From: an uncultured bacterium
GTDB taxonomy: Bacteria > Zixibacteria > MSB-5A5 > CAIYYT01
Assembly (NCBI GenBank): GCA_963726455.1
Contig: CAVSCK010000004.1
Span: 1,056,001-1,120,000, forward strand
Length of the DNA: 64,000 nucleotides
Direction of reading: 5' to 3'
Position 1 is the first letter of the stretch; each line of letters opens with the position of its first letter. A model generated the notes under the pieces. That model made no database searches, was not told where the DNA came from, and saw only the letters and a list, made by a program, of their open reading frames with translations. Both the position numbers and the translations under genes were made by a program. Below, piece after piece: positions 22,584 through 34,830 of this stretch.

Positions 22584-24840
22584 GTGCTTCATTGGTTAAC
22601 TTCTTGGAAATCATCCGGACTATCAGTGGCAATGCGAGCGGCCTTGTTATGTCTAATTCCCTTTTCGCTTGCCGTCTCCGCGGATTACCAAAGAATCCCG
22701 ATTGAACAGGCCATTCGCGAGTCCAAAGAGTCTCATCAACTCGAACAGCAGATGAAAGCGCGCCAACTGCAGAAGCAGCGCGGACTTCAACAGACGTTAG
22801 GCACCATGGGAGCGCTGCCGTCTCAATACCTTTACGACGTGAAATATTATCGCATGGAAATGAGAGTCAATGTTGCCGCGGAGACGATCTACGCGCGCGT
22901 CGACCAGATGTCAATGGCGACGCAGGACAACGTTACTTACTGCGACATCGACCTTTACTCCAATATGGCAATAGACTCCGTTCGAGTGGACGATGCGACG
23001 GCCACGTACACTCGCAACGGTAATGTCTACCGCGTGAATCTGCCGAGTCCGGTCAATACCGGCCAGATGTTCACCGTGCGTACCTGGTATCGCGGCCATC
23101 CGGTCGAGGGCGGGTTCCAGGCGATGAGTTTCGAACTTGTCGATGGACAGCCGCTGGTATCGACTCTGTCCGAACCATACCTGGCGCGCACCTGGTGGCC
23201 CTGCAAGGACTATCCGGAGGACAAGGCGGATTCAGTTGACATCATCGTTACCAATCCGGTCGACATGTTTTGCACTTCGAACGGCAAGATGACGAACAAT
23301 GTCGACAACGGCAACGGCACTCGTACGACCACGTGGAAAATTCGTTACCCGATCACGACCTATCTCATAAGTCTGACGATTTCTGATTTTTCTCACTGGC
23401 GCGATTGGATGAAGTACTCACCATCCGACTCGATGCCGGTGGACTTCTGGGTTTTCCCGGCCGATTCGGTCGGCGCTTCGTCAGGATATGCGGTAACGGT
23501 GCCGATGCTGGACACCCTGTCGCGGTTGTTCGGGCTGTATCCGTTTATCAACGAGAAATACGCCATGACGGAATTTACCTGGGGCGGCGCAATGGAGCAT
23601 CAGACGAACACTTCGATTATCAGGGATTACTATGCCCAATCGATAATCGTCCATGAAATGGGACATCAGTGGTGGGGCGATATGATCACCTGCCGCGACT
23701 GGCACCATATCTGGATGAACGAAGGATTTGCCAGCTATGTCGAAGCGCTGTGGTTCGAGACATCAGGAGGAGCCACCGCTCTTCACGATTACATGTACAG
23801 TATGCGCTATCTGTCAGGCGGATCGGTTTACTGCGTCGACACCACCAACGTCTGGGCGATATTCGACAGCAGAGTGTACGACAAGGGTGCGTGGGTGCTG
23901 CACACGCTGCGGCACGTCGTAGGCGATCAGACCTTCTTCAATATTCTCCGCGCCTATTACGCCGACCCGCGCTACAAGTGGAAAGATGTTTCGACCGAAG
24001 ACTTCCGCGATCTTTGTGAGCAGGTGTCCGGTATGGATTTGCACGCGTTCTTCCAGGATTGGGTCTATGGCACATATTATCCGAGGTACGCGTACTCCTT
24101 CACGTCCGAACAGCTTGGCACCGGGTCCTATCGCGTATATGTTCACGTCCGGCAAACGCAGGCCACTCTTCCGCAGGTGTTCCACATGCCCAAGATTGAC
24201 CTGTCGATATACAACGGCGGTTATATAGATTTCCACGTGCCGATGATGGACCGGGAGAAGGATTACGTTATCGATCTGACAAACGCGCTGGCGGCGCCGA
24301 CAGCAATTGCGGTTGACCGCAATGATTGGATCATCAAGACGGCAACGTCGGAGGCCTACGGCTTGCACGTGATCTATGACACTTTGAAGTCCGGCGTGCA
24401 GTTCTACCCCCTATCTCGATTCGGTCATTGTGCGTGGCGGCACCAAGCCGTATACGTTCACCGTGACAAGCGGCAGCTTGCCGGCCGGGCTCGCGCTCGG
24501 GTCAACCACCGGATTTTTGACCGGCACGCCGGTTGACACCGGTACTGCGACTTTCACAGTAACAGTCACCGGAACGGGCGCAGGCGGGGGTTCAGATTCG
24601 AAGCAAATAACCACGCATTTTACTCCTGGAGCATACGTGGCCGGTGATGCCAACGGTGATGGCGCCGTCGATATATCCGATGCCGTCTTTCTAATAGAAT
24701 ACATCTTTGCGGGCGGCCCGGCACCGACACCAACCGGTGCGGGAGACGCAAACCATGATTGCTCGGTTGATATCAGTGACGCCGTGTATTTGATCAGTTA
24801 TATCTTTGGCGGCGGACCGGCTCCCCTGCCCGGCTGTTAG
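22584..24840 (+). CDS. Secreted M1 aminopeptidase with Ig-like (He_PIG-type) and dockerin domains (frameshift near 24410)
   Basis: [16 protein letters not shown]...NEGFA zinc motif, [13 protein letters not shown]; second frame gives GSLPAGLAL...LTGTP and [13 protein letters not shown] x2. Confidence 0.88.
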
Positions 24841-24885
24841 CTGAACTGGCTCTGAAGCCATCTTACCAGGAAACGCCACTATATT

Positions 24886-24917
24886 GGGGCGGACCTCGAG
24901 TCCGCCCCTTTCTTTTG
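24886..24917 (+). terminator. Rho-independent terminator
   Basis: ggggcggac-ctcga-gtccgcccc followed by tttctttt. Confidence 0.8.
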
Positions 24918-25030
24918 TGCAGGCGCGCTGATTGCCGTCTTTGGGCCGAATTTGGGCCAAATTCAAAAATTGCTTGCCGGAGATTCAAACTTTAACTTTA
25001 ATCTTAGCAGCTAACCTTAGGAAGAGGGCG

Positions 25031-25183
25031 ATGTTCGTAGCATTCTTTTTGGTGGCACTGGGAGTATTATTTCTCCTGAAAAATTTGGACGTGATACAGG
25101 GCGATGTTTGGGACATATTGTGGCCGCTCTTGATCATCGCGTTCGGAGCATCGTTGATTTTCAAGAGACGGCACCGCTGTTGA
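25031..25183 (+). CDS. Small membrane protein (DUF5668/LiaF-TM-like)
   Basis: LVALGVLFLLKNL...ILWPLLIIAFGASLI, two hydrophobic helices, SD-like GAGGG. Confidence 0.65.
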   Translation: MFVAFFLVALGVLFLLKNLDVIQGDVWDILWPLLIIAFGASLIFKRRHRC

Positions 25184-25339
25184 GGATAGCGGTGCGACCA
25201 GTGATTTGATATTACTTCGCAGTGTGTGTTTCGGCGGCAGTCGCTGAGAGTACTTCTATAACAGGCAGGATATCCGCCAGGAATTCATGCTGTTAGACTT
25301 CGTTAACCGGTCGGTACAGAAGGCAGAATAGAGTAATCT

Positions 25340-28040
25340 ATGGGCGCTCAAGTTTATGGTTTGATCATTGCCGCAGTCGCCGGCGGATTGATGCCGGTGG
25401 TGGCGAATTTGCGCAGGCAGTTATTCAGTGTGAGTCCGTTCGGGTGGGGAAAGTTGTATGGTGGGTTGGCCGGTTTTGTGATTGCGGGCCTGTTGTTTGC
25501 GTTTCGATCGACCACAGCGCTGGTAGGTCTGTTTGTTCCGGCGGTCGGCGACTGGCTGAGCGCGATTGCATATTTGATAGTGGCGGGTGGATTGGTGATG
25601 TTGATGTGGGGCATTGGTACAATCGTGTCTTCCGTCAAGCAGATTGAATATCAGAAGAGCGACGACGAAGAATGGCGCAATCTATACTTACAGTTGCAGG
25701 ATCTCTCGCAGCAACCATACTCATTCGTCGAGATACTGAATCTGGCCTTGAATCAACTCCTGAAACGCGCCGAGGCGGATGGCGCCGCGGTCATGCTGTT
25801 CAAAGAGAATTCGACTGAGTTGATATTGGCGTCTTTCTCGAACCTTTCACCTGATACCACCAAAAAGTTCGAACTGCTGAAGGTTTCGGGCGATATCTTC
25901 GGCCGAGCGCAAAAACTGGGACGCATCCAGACAGTGGCGAACCTGTCCGAGGGCGATCGTGCCACGGTGCAATTGTTCGAAGGTTCGGGATTCATGTCGG
26001 CATCGGTGTTCCCGTTGCGTTCACGGGACAAAATACTGGGATCGATAGGCCTGTTCTCGGCGCGTCCGTTCTTCTTTTCGCCGACACGGAATGAAGCGAT
26101 TGCCGTTGCCACGAATCATCTGGCGACCTTGTTGGAAGCCGTTCGCAATGACAAGGAAATCACGCGGCTCAAGGATCGGCTGAAACCCTCAGAGGAAGCC
26201 AAACGCATTGTCGAGGAATTGTTCTTCCGTCGTGGTATGGGCGGCAATCTCGAATTGCGGGAAGCGCTGGAATTCGAGCGCGTGCGGCGCTTTTTCGACG
26301 CCGATTCGATCAAGCTTGTTTTTCGCGACAACGACGGCGAATATCGCATCAAGGCGTCATCCGGTGGCGCCGAAACCGGCCTATTGCTCGATCGTCGCAA
26401 ACTGACGGGTATGAACCGCGCTGTCTCCGAGAAGAAACTGTTGCTGTTGACATCCCCTGCTTCATCCCCGGCTGGAAACGGATACGATTCCATGCCGCGC
26501 CAGACGCTGTTTATTCCGGTCCCCTATCCGGATCGCGATGATCTGGTGCTGCTATTGGAAAGCGAAACCGCGGGTCTGGAATTTTCCGAGGAGAAATTGT
26601 CGGCGGTACGGGTGGCATCAGTCTATCTGGCTGACCTGCACTTCTTGTTTATAGCGAAGAGGGACGGCGACCGCTTCCGCACCTCGCTGGCCCAACTCGA
26701 TGAAGCAATCGCCCGCATCATGCACGCCACATCGCGCAGTCAACTGGCGGCGGCCTTGGGTGAGGCCTGCGCGACTGTGCTTCCGGCCAGCAAGGGGCGA
26801 CTGGTTATTCTTGCGGCCGCCGAAGGTGACGACGATTTGTTGATTGCCGATGCATCCGGATTGACTGTGTCGGACGAGATGGACTGGATTCGTTATAATC
26901 GTTTCCTAAAAGCCATGCAAAGCATCCTGGTCGAGAGCGGTACCGGAGAAAGACGCGTCGATAAGTCAGCGCTCGCGAACGGCATTCCGCAGGATTTGCG
27001 GGAGCGCTTCGAAAAATACAGTGCGAATCTGCCCCAGGTGATGATGCAGCAAGTGATTCCGATTGAATATGGCGATCGCCAATACGGAGTAGTCGGCTTG
27101 TATTTCTCGGAAAATGAACCGGCTCCGCGCGAAACGTTGGCGCTGTTCCGCCGCCTGGTGCACTTGACGTCACTGGAACTGTACGCTACGGGACGCCTGT
27201 CGACCAGCGATCGCGACGTCAGAGGCACGGTAGCTCCTGTCGAAACGGTAACGACGCCGGAAAATGGTAATAGCCCTGAAGAGGGGAATAACTCGACCGG
27301 CTGGGAGGCAATCGATACCAATCTGGTGTTGGATCAGATGCCGATTAGCGAGCGTAGCACGCTGACGACTACTGTTGAGATGCTGGTTATGCGCCTGTTC
27401 CAATCGTATCCAAAAGAGAAACTATATCTATCTACCTTCAGCGACGAGGGTCTTTCGATATTACCAGATTTCGCTGGACCGCACGGAGAGTGTGCGTTTC
27501 CGGGAAGGCATTGTTGAAAGCGATGAGTGGAGCGTTTGCGCGGCAGCGACGGCGATGCCGGACGGATTCAGGTCGCTATCGGGTGAATATCAGAACCGGA
27601 TTGCGGATGGGAAATTGCTCAGTGTCACCTGGCGCCTGCCGGCGGAGGAAAAGCCGAAGGATCGTACGCGCCGAATCAACGTGCTGGGCATAGATGACCA
27701 GGAGGTCATTCGCGACCTGCTGCAAAACATCATCAGCAGAATGGGACATAGAATCGTGACCGCCACCAACGGTTACGAGGCGCTCAAGCTCTTCAAACAG
27801 GAAACGTTCGACGTCGTGATAGTCGAATCCGGCCTGCCCGGCATTGATGGCTGGGACATTGCTGCGCAAGTAAAAGCGTTGTCTCCGGCGACACCGGTGA
27901 TCATGCTTTCCGGCTGGGGTCCCTTCTCGGATCGCGAAAGTGTTCTGCAACGAAACGCCGATTTCGTGCTGACTAAGCCCTTCAAAATGGATCAGTTGGG
28001 TGAGGTGATCTCGGCGGCGTGCCAGATGATTGCTAGCTGA
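25340..28040 (+). CDS. Membrane-anchored multi-GAF protein with C-terminal receiver domain (frameshift near 27400)
   Basis: Three N-terminal hydrophobic helices; GAF motifs (VFPLRSRDKILGSIGL; IPIEYGDRQYGVVGL); REC (IDDQE...KPF) in the next frame. Confidence 0.7.
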
Positions 28041-28114
28041 AGAACCTGCTTTAGAATCCCTTCGTTTCTTCCGATACCTCTAATAATTGAAGTATCTCCT
28101 TTCCGACGGATAGT

Positions 28115-29416
28115 ATGGAAAAGATTCGCCTGCTTGAAAACATCGACGCCCTCAAGGATCTGCTTTCCCTGCCGGATACGCTGGTAAAAATTCTGGAAGT
28201 CGTCTCCAATGATGAGACTTCTCCCGAGCAGATAGCCACCATCATTCTCAGAGATCCATCGTTGACGGCGAGAACGTTGCGCATGGCAAATTCCAGCTAC
28301 TATCGCCGGGCTGCCGCGATCAAGACGGTCCATCAGGCAGTGATGGTCCTGGGCGCCAACGCGGTGAAATGCATTGCATTGTCGGTCAGCGTATTTACGC
28401 CGCCGAAAGGCAAAGCGGCCGAGTTGGAGATGTTCCGCCAATTCTACTTCCATTCGTTGGGCGTAGGTATTCTGGCGCGTGCCATCGCCGAAAAGACCGG
28501 AAACCAGAATGCCGAAGAGGCGTTCATCGCCGGCCTGCTTCACGATCTCGGCAAGTTGCACATCATGCAACGGTACCCGCAGATTTGTCTGGAAATGAAG
28601 CCGATGCTCGAAAGAGGCGATGATATTATCGAGGTCGAACGGAGATTTTTCGATGTCGATCACGCCGAATTGGGAAGTATAATTGCCAATCGCTGGCGCC
28701 TGCCCGAAGGCCTGCAGCGTTCGATTCGCGGACACCATCATATTAACGACATCAAGTCCGACCATTTGACCAATATCGTCATGTTGGCCAATCTCATGGC
28801 GGTCATAATCCAGACGCCAAACTTGAAAATGATGGAGCGATATGCCGGTATCACTGCGCGACTGGCGGAGACACTGGCACTGGACCGGGAGACTCTGGAC
28901 TGCCTGACATTCCTGCTGCTCGAGGAGACCATCCGCGCTGCTTCGAATATCGGCCTCGACATCGGCGAGACCAATGAGTTGTTGAACCGCGCCAATCGTG
29001 AAATCTGCAAAGCGTACCTGCTGATCGAGGGATTGTTCCGGGAACGCCAGGAACTCTCCGGAAAGTTGCTAGCTGAGGAGCGGATGGCGGGAATGATGCG
29101 CTCCAAAAACATCGCTATTGCCACGCTCTCCCACTATCTCAACAATGTTGCCACGGCGATTTCCGGCCGCGTACAGTTGATGCAGATGTCGCTGGAAAAG
29201 AAGGAAATCGTTGACACCTCAGATAAGTTTTCGGGTTCCCTTAAGGTAATCGAAAGCTCGATTCTCAAGCTGTTGGCGGTGCTGGCCGAACTGAAATCTT
29301 TGTCACGCTTCGACGATCAAAGCTTCTACAACGACTCCGACGCGCTAAACATTGACGAGCGCATCAAGGTGCGGATGCAGTCAATCGATCAGGGCATGGC
29401 AAAAACCACCCAATAG
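28115..29416 (+). CDS. HDOD-domain protein with C-terminal HisKA-like helix pair
   Basis: DPSLTARTLRMANSSYY, AFIAGLLHDLGK, DHAELGSIIANRWRLP; H-box-like ATLSHYLNN; no HATPase_c domain. Confidence 0.85.
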   Translation: MEKIRLLENIDALKDLLSLPDTLVKILEVVSNDETSPEQIATIILRDPSLTARTLRMANSSYYRRAAAIKTVHQAVMVLGANAVKCIALSVSVFTPPKGKAAELEMFRQFYFHSLGVGILARAIAEKTGNQNAEEAFIAGLLHDLGKLHIMQRYPQICLEMKPMLERGDDIIEVERRFFDVDHAELGSIIANRWRLPEGLQRSIRGHHHINDIKSDHLTNIVMLANLMAVIIQTPNLKMMERYAGITARLAETLALDRETLDCLTFLLLEETIRAASNIGLDIGETNELLNRANREICKAYLLIEGLFRERQELSGKLLAEERMAGMMRSKNIAIATLSHYLNNVATAISGRVQLMQMSLEKKEIVDTSDKFSGSLKVIESSILKLLAVLAELKSLSRFDDQSFYNDSDALNIDERIKVRMQSIDQGMAKTTQ

Positions 29417-29498
29417 ATATTTCACTGAAACTATTTCCTTCACGTATAAATAAGCATACTTTCGGGGCGGGCTTATAACGAAAGGACCCCTATCGGTC

Positions 29499-30463
29499 AT
29501 GTTGAAATCGACTATTTCAGGAAACTATCCCAAATTGCCTACGCAAAGGGGAGACGTTAACATTCGCCGCGTTTTGCATCGTTTCGACCAGGGCGAAATC
29601 GATCAGAAGGAAGTCGAGAACGCCTACGAAAAGGTCACCGCGCGCGTTGTCAACGAACAAATTGAGGCAGGAATTGATCTCCCCACTGACGGTCAAATCC
29701 GTTGGGACGACATTGTCACGCCGTTTGCGGGCAAAGTCGGCGGCTTCGAGATCAACGGCCTGATCCGGTGGTTCGACAATAACGTGTACTACCGCAAGCC
29801 GGTAATCGTTGACGACATCAAATGGCGGGAGCCGGTCGCGGCACCGGCATACAAGCAGGCAGCGTCTCTGACGGCCAAGCCACTTAAGGCCGTACTGCCG
29901 GGACCGTACAGCTTCGTGATGTTGTCGGAAAATAAGCATTACGCGAAGCGGGAGACTTTACTGAAAGACATGGCGACAATGTTGCGGGAAGAGGTCAATG
30001 CCCTGATTCAAGCGGGCTGTCGCCAGATCCAGTTCGATGAACCCTGCCTGGCTGATCATCCCGAAGATTGTGCAATGGCGGCAGATGCGGTAAACGGTAT
30101 GATAAAAGACTTTCCCGGCCTGTTTTGGATCAATTTCTATTTCCAAAGCATCGATAAGATAGCAAAAGAGCTGGAGCGGTTCAAAGTCAACGTGCTCTCA
30201 GTCGATTGCGTGTCGGCGCCGGGCAACTTTGAGATACTGCTTCAGTATGCCAGTCACGTACTCCCTGTTTTGGATTATTCGACGCGCGAAATATCAAGCT
30301 TGAAGACGAGAATGGCTTGCGCCGTATGTACGGCAGGATTGCCGAGCGCTATCCCGATGCTTACGTCAGTTCCTCGTGCGGACTGGAGTTTTTGCCGCAC
30401 GTAAATGCGTTGGAAAAGGTGAGACTATTGGGCCGCACAGTCAGGGAATTCCGTGGAGAGTAA
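29499..30463 (+). CDS. Split cobalamin-independent methionine synthase, N-terminal non-catalytic half (frameshift near 30260)
   Basis: TDGQIRWDD, RWFDNNVYYRKP, KAVLPGPYS, IQFDEP; continues GLFDARN...SSCGLEFLP; HxC zinc motif replaced by NFY. Confidence 0.78.
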
Positions 30464-30467
30464 GATC

Positions 30468-31434
30468 ATGTTGCCTACCACAACCGTGGGAAGTTTTCCC
30501 AAACCGGATTATTTGCAGAAGGCGCGAACGCAGTTTTCAGCCGGCAAACTGACTGAGGCGGACTTACGAGCGCTGGAATTGCAGGCGACCCGCGAAGTTG
30601 TGAGGCAACAGGAAGAAGTCGGGCTGGACATACTCGTTCACGGTGAGATGGAACGCGGCGACATGACGACCTACTTCGCGGAGAAGTTGGTAGGCATGGG
30701 AATCAGCGACCTCGTGAGATCATACGGCAACCGGTATTATCGCAAGCCGATCGTTGAGGGCGCGCTGCAACGTCCGGCGCCTATGACCGTGGAGAGTGTT
30801 CAACTATACGCAGTCATTGACATCCAAGCCCGTCAAAGGCATGCTCACCGGTCCGTACACCATGTGCGACTGGTCGTTCAACACCTACTACGAGACGAGG
30901 CGCGAAGTCGTGCTGGCGTTCGCAAGATTGTTGCATGACGAGGTTGCCGACCTGGAGAAGGCGGGAGCAAAGTATATACAGATCGACGAACCGGCAATTT
31001 CGACACGTCCGGAGGAGCTTGATCTGGCTATCGAAGCGATGGGAATAGTGACCAACGGCATCAGGGCGAAGACGATTTCGCATATCTGCTATGGAGATTT
31101 CAAGACGATCTATCCGCACATTCTCGACTTACCGGTCGATCAGCTTGATCTGGAGTTTGCCAATTCGGGATATTCCAACCTCGACATCTTCCGCAAGCCG
31201 AAATTCCGTAAAGAGATCGCGTTTGGTGTGCTCGACATTCACAGCCATCGGGTCGAAAGCGTCGACGAAATCGTGGCGGGTATTCGCAAGGGGCTGGATG
31301 TATTTGATGCGGACAAGATGACTATTGATCCTGATTGCGGCCTCAAAACACGCACCACTGAAGAAGCATTCGCTAAATTGCGCAATATGATAGCCGCCGT
31401 TCGACAGGTAAAGGCGGAACTGAATTTTAGCTGA
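30468..31434 (+). CDS. metE: Split cobalamin-independent methionine synthase, catalytic half (frameshift near 30795)
   Basis: LPTTTVGSFP, GLDILVHGEMER, KGMLTGPYT, IQIDEPA; zinc ligands HICYG, LE, DPDCGLKT. Confidence 0.88.
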
Positions 31435-31443
31435 TCGCCGATT

Positions 31444-33267
31444 ATGAATCCATTCATCGCGAGAATCAGGGAGGGTCCGCTTTTGGGCGACGGCGCCATG
31501 GGCACTTACCTGTACGCCAAGGGCGCATCTGCAACACGCTGCTTTGACGAACTCAACATCACAAATCCGCAATTGGTTGGGCAGGTTCACGATGATTATA
31601 TCGCCGCCGGCAGTGAACTGGTCGAAACCAACACCTACGGCGCCAATCGGCAGAAACTCGCGCAGCACGGCTTGGCATCGTTTGCGCGCGATATAAACCT
31701 GAAGGGGGCGAAGATCGCCCGCGATCGTCGCGAGGCGTCCGGCAAGGACATCTACATAGCCGGATCGATTGGACCAATCGGCAAACGCGTTGGTCACCAC
31801 AGCGGCATAACCAAAGCCGATGCGCGCAGTGCATTTGCCGAACAGGCCGAAGCGCTCTTGGAAGGCGGTGTCGATCTGTTCATGGTGGAAACCATTGCCG
31901 ATGTGGAAGAGTTGCGAATCGCCGTCGAGGAAATCCGCAGGATTTGCAGTCTACCGGTCGTCGCGCAGTTGACGATTACAGATGACCTGACTACGATCAA
32001 TGGTGACACCCCTATTGATCTGCTTGAAGCAGCGCGCGCACTCAAGATAGAAGTGATCGGCGCAAACTGCTCAGTCGGTCCGCAACGATTATATGACTTC
32101 GTATCCATCCTGCGGGCGACCTCCGACTTCATTTTGTCCGCACAACCGAATGCCGGCCAACCCCGCTACTATGAAGGGCGATTCTTCTATGTTTCCTCGC
32201 CCGATTACTTCGCGGAGTATTGCCTCAAATTCCTAAGTCTGGGCGTTTCGCTAATCGGCGGCTGCTGCGGTACAACGCCGGAGCATATCCGCGCCATGCG
32301 CAAAGTATTTGATTCTTACAAGCGAGTCAGCACCGAGTCGTCAGTAACTGCGATTGCGGAACCTCCGAAAAGGCCGGAGCGGGCCGCGCCGACGGCGCGC
32401 GTGTCCAATTTCGCGTCCAAGTTGGGGAACAAATTTGTCGTGTCGGTTGAAATCGATCCTCCCAGAGGCGCTAATCCGGAAAAGCTGTTGAACGCCGCCG
32501 TCAAACTCAGAGACTCGGGCGTTGATGCCGTCAACGTTGCCGATTCGCCGATGGCGCGCGTACGGATGAGCTGCCTGGCGATGGCGGGGTTGATCACCGA
32601 TCGCGTCGGTTTGGATGTGATCCTGCATTTCACCTGCCGCGACCGCAACCTGATGGGACTCCACGCCGATCTGATCGGAGCACATGCTCTTGGAATACGT
32701 AACGTTCTGGCACTGACCGGCGATCCGCCTTCACTCGGAGACTATCCAAACGCGACTGCCGTCTACGATGTCGATGCCATTGGACTGGTCGAGATCATCA
32801 GCAAGTTGAACAACGGCACCGATCTCGCCGGCAACGCGCTCGGTTCACACACGGAATTCTCGATCGGCGTCGCGATCAATCCCACGGCGGACAATCTCGA
32901 CGTTGAACTGGAACGACTGAAGCGCAAGATCGCTGCCGGTGCGCAGTTTGCCATGACGCAGCCGATGTACAAACTTGATATTCTGGAACGATTCCTTACG
33001 AAAGCGCAGAAGTTCGGGATTCCCACATTGCTCGGATTGTTGCCGTTGCAGTCGTATCGACATGCCGAGTTCCTCCATAACGAAGTACCCGGAATCGACA
33101 TCCCGCGCGAAACGCGCGACCGCATGAGCCACGCCGGGAAAGACGCCGCACAGGTCGGAATCGAGACTTGCCGCGATCTGTTGCACCAGGCCAAAGGTCT
33201 CGTGCAGGGTGCTTATCTGATGCCTTCCTTCGGCAGATATGAAACGATACTGCAAGTTTTAGAGTGA
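31444..33267 (+). CDS. yitJ: Bifunctional homocysteine S-methyltransferase / 5,10-methylene-THF reductase (YitJ-like)
   Basis: DGAMGT, ETNTYGAN, GANCSVGP, GGCCGTTPEHI; C-terminal MTHFR (VEIDPP, HFTCRDRN, LALTGDP, AMTQP). Confidence 0.9.
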   Translation: MNPFIARIREGPLLGDGAMGTYLYAKGASATRCFDELNITNPQLVGQVHDDYIAAGSELVETNTYGANRQKLAQHGLASFARDINLKGAKIARDRREASGKDIYIAGSIGPIGKRVGHHSGITKADARSAFAEQAEALLEGGVDLFMVETIADVEELRIAVEEIRRICSLPVVAQLTITDDLTTINGDTPIDLLEAARALKIEVIGANCSVGPQRLYDFVSILRATSDFILSAQPNAGQPRYYEGRFFYVSSPDYFAEYCLKFLSLGVSLIGGCCGTTPEHIRAMRKVFDSYKRVSTESSVTAIAEPPKRPERAAPTARVSNFASKLGNKFVVSVEIDPPRGANPEKLLNAAVKLRDSGVDAVNVADSPMARVRMSCLAMAGLITDRVGLDVILHFTCRDRNLMGLHADLIGAHALGIRNVLALTGDPPSLGDYPNATAVYDVDAIGLVEIISKLNNGTDLAGNALGSHTEFSIGVAINPTADNLDVELERLKRKIAAGAQFAMTQPMYKLDILERFLTKAQKFGIPTLLGLLPLQSYRHAEFLHNEVPGIDIPRETRDRMSHAGKDAAQVGIETCRDLLHQAKGLVQGAYLMPSFGRYETILQVLE

Positions 33268-33329
33268 CATCCACTCCCCTGCATCGTATTCATTCATTGT
33301 GATGACTTTATTACTTACGAGGTGTACCT

Positions 33330-34823
33330 GTGCGCGTTAACTGCGATATACTTTCCAAGAAATCATTGCGAACCGACCTGCTCTGCGTTGTCGTCTTCGA
33401 AGACAAACATGAAGATGAGAATCTGAAAGCGCTCGATCGCTTACTACTCGGACAGATCCGGCAGCTACTTAGGGATAAACACTTTTCGGGAAAGCCCGGC
33501 GAAACGCATTCGCTGATCGTGTTCCCGAAAAAAGATTTCAAACAGCTTATGCTGTTGGGTGTCGGCAAGAGCAAAGAAGTCGACATTGAGAAGCTGCGCA
33601 AGGCCGCCGGTACGGCAGGCCTTCGGGCAGTTGCTGCCAAGGCGACAGCAGCCGTATTTCTGCTTCCCAAACAGACGATGCCCAAAGAGCTGAGTGCCGA
33701 ACTGATTGGGCGCGCCCTCACCGAGGGATTCAATCTCGGCAGTTATTTCTTTGATCGATTCAAGAGCGGCGACGACAAAAAGGCCAGGCCGAAATCGCTA
33801 ACCTTGCTCTTCCCCAACCAGCGCGATGCCTCAAAGGCAACGTCCGGAGCGCGCACCGGTTTGATTGTTTCCGATTTGCAGAATTACTGCCGCGATTTGG
33901 CGGGTTCGCCGGGCAATGTTGTCACTCCCCCGTATCTCGCGAGCGAGGCACGCCGCCTGGCCAAGCGATACGGATTGCGCGTACAAGTAATGGGAAGGCC
34001 GCAAATTGAGAAACTCAAGATGGGCGCGTTTCTTTCAGTTGCGAAAGGATCTGTCGAGCCGCCACAACTAATTCGCATTGATTACAAACCGAAAGTCAAA
34101 GCCAGCAAGCGCGTGATTCTCGTCGGCAAAGGCATCACGTTCGATACCGGCGGCATCACTCTCAAACCGGGCGCCGATATGCATGAGATGAAGCAGGATA
34201 TGACCGGCGCCGCGGTGGTGATTTCCACGCTGGCGGCGATTGCCCAGCTTAAGCCACGTTTGGAAGTCACGGGATTCATGCCCATTTGCGAGAATATGCC
34301 GGGGAGCCGCGCTTACAAACCCGGCGATGTGCTGACAACCAGCATTGGCAAGACTATTGAAGTGATCAGTACTGATGCCGAGGGCAGACTTCTGCTCGCG
34401 GACGTCCTCGGATATGCATCAAAGATGAAGCCCGATTACCTGATCGATGTCGCAACTCTGACCGGCGCGGTGATTGTGGCACTCGGATACACCGGGGCTG
34501 CCATGCTGTCTACTTCCAATGAACTGCTGAAATGTTTCCGGGAAGCCGCCGATGTTACCGGCGAGAAAGTCTGGCAGTTGCCGTTATGGCCCGAGTATGA
34601 GAACTCAATCAAGTCGCCGATTGCGGACATGAAGAATTCCGGTGGACGCCCGGCCGGTACCTGCGTCGCCGCGACTATACTCAAGCAGTTCGTTGGCGAC
34701 GTTCCGTGGCTGCATCTCGATATCGCGGGCATGGATCTGGAACATAACGGCAGGGAATACACGCCCAAAGGCGCTTCGGGATACGGAGTGCGTTTGTTGA
34801 CTGAAGTGCTTTGCCGCTTGTGA
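33330..34823 (+). CDS. pepA: Leucyl aminopeptidase (M17)
   Basis: VGKGITFDTGG, MKQDMTG, STDAEGRL, ATLTGA, HLDIAG. Confidence 0.95.
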   Translation: MRVNCDILSKKSLRTDLLCVVVFEDKHEDENLKALDRLLLGQIRQLLRDKHFSGKPGETHSLIVFPKKDFKQLMLLGVGKSKEVDIEKLRKAAGTAGLRAVAAKATAAVFLLPKQTMPKELSAELIGRALTEGFNLGSYFFDRFKSGDDKKARPKSLTLLFPNQRDASKATSGARTGLIVSDLQNYCRDLAGSPGNVVTPPYLASEARRLAKRYGLRVQVMGRPQIEKLKMGAFLSVAKGSVEPPQLIRIDYKPKVKASKRVILVGKGITFDTGGITLKPGADMHEMKQDMTGAAVVISTLAAIAQLKPRLEVTGFMPICENMPGSRAYKPGDVLTTSIGKTIEVISTDAEGRLLLADVLGYASKMKPDYLIDVATLTGAVIVALGYTGAAMLSTSNELLKCFREAADVTGEKVWQLPLWPEYENSIKSPIADMKNSGGRPAGTCVAATILKQFVGDVPWLHLDIAGMDLEHNGREYTPKGASGYGVRLLTEVLCRL

Positions 34824-34830
34824 CAACTGA

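Noticed and set aside
29417-29498. SAM or cobalamin riboswitch ahead of the methionine genes (also checked upstream of cobO)
   Set aside because: Intergenic space is short and lacks the conserved cores
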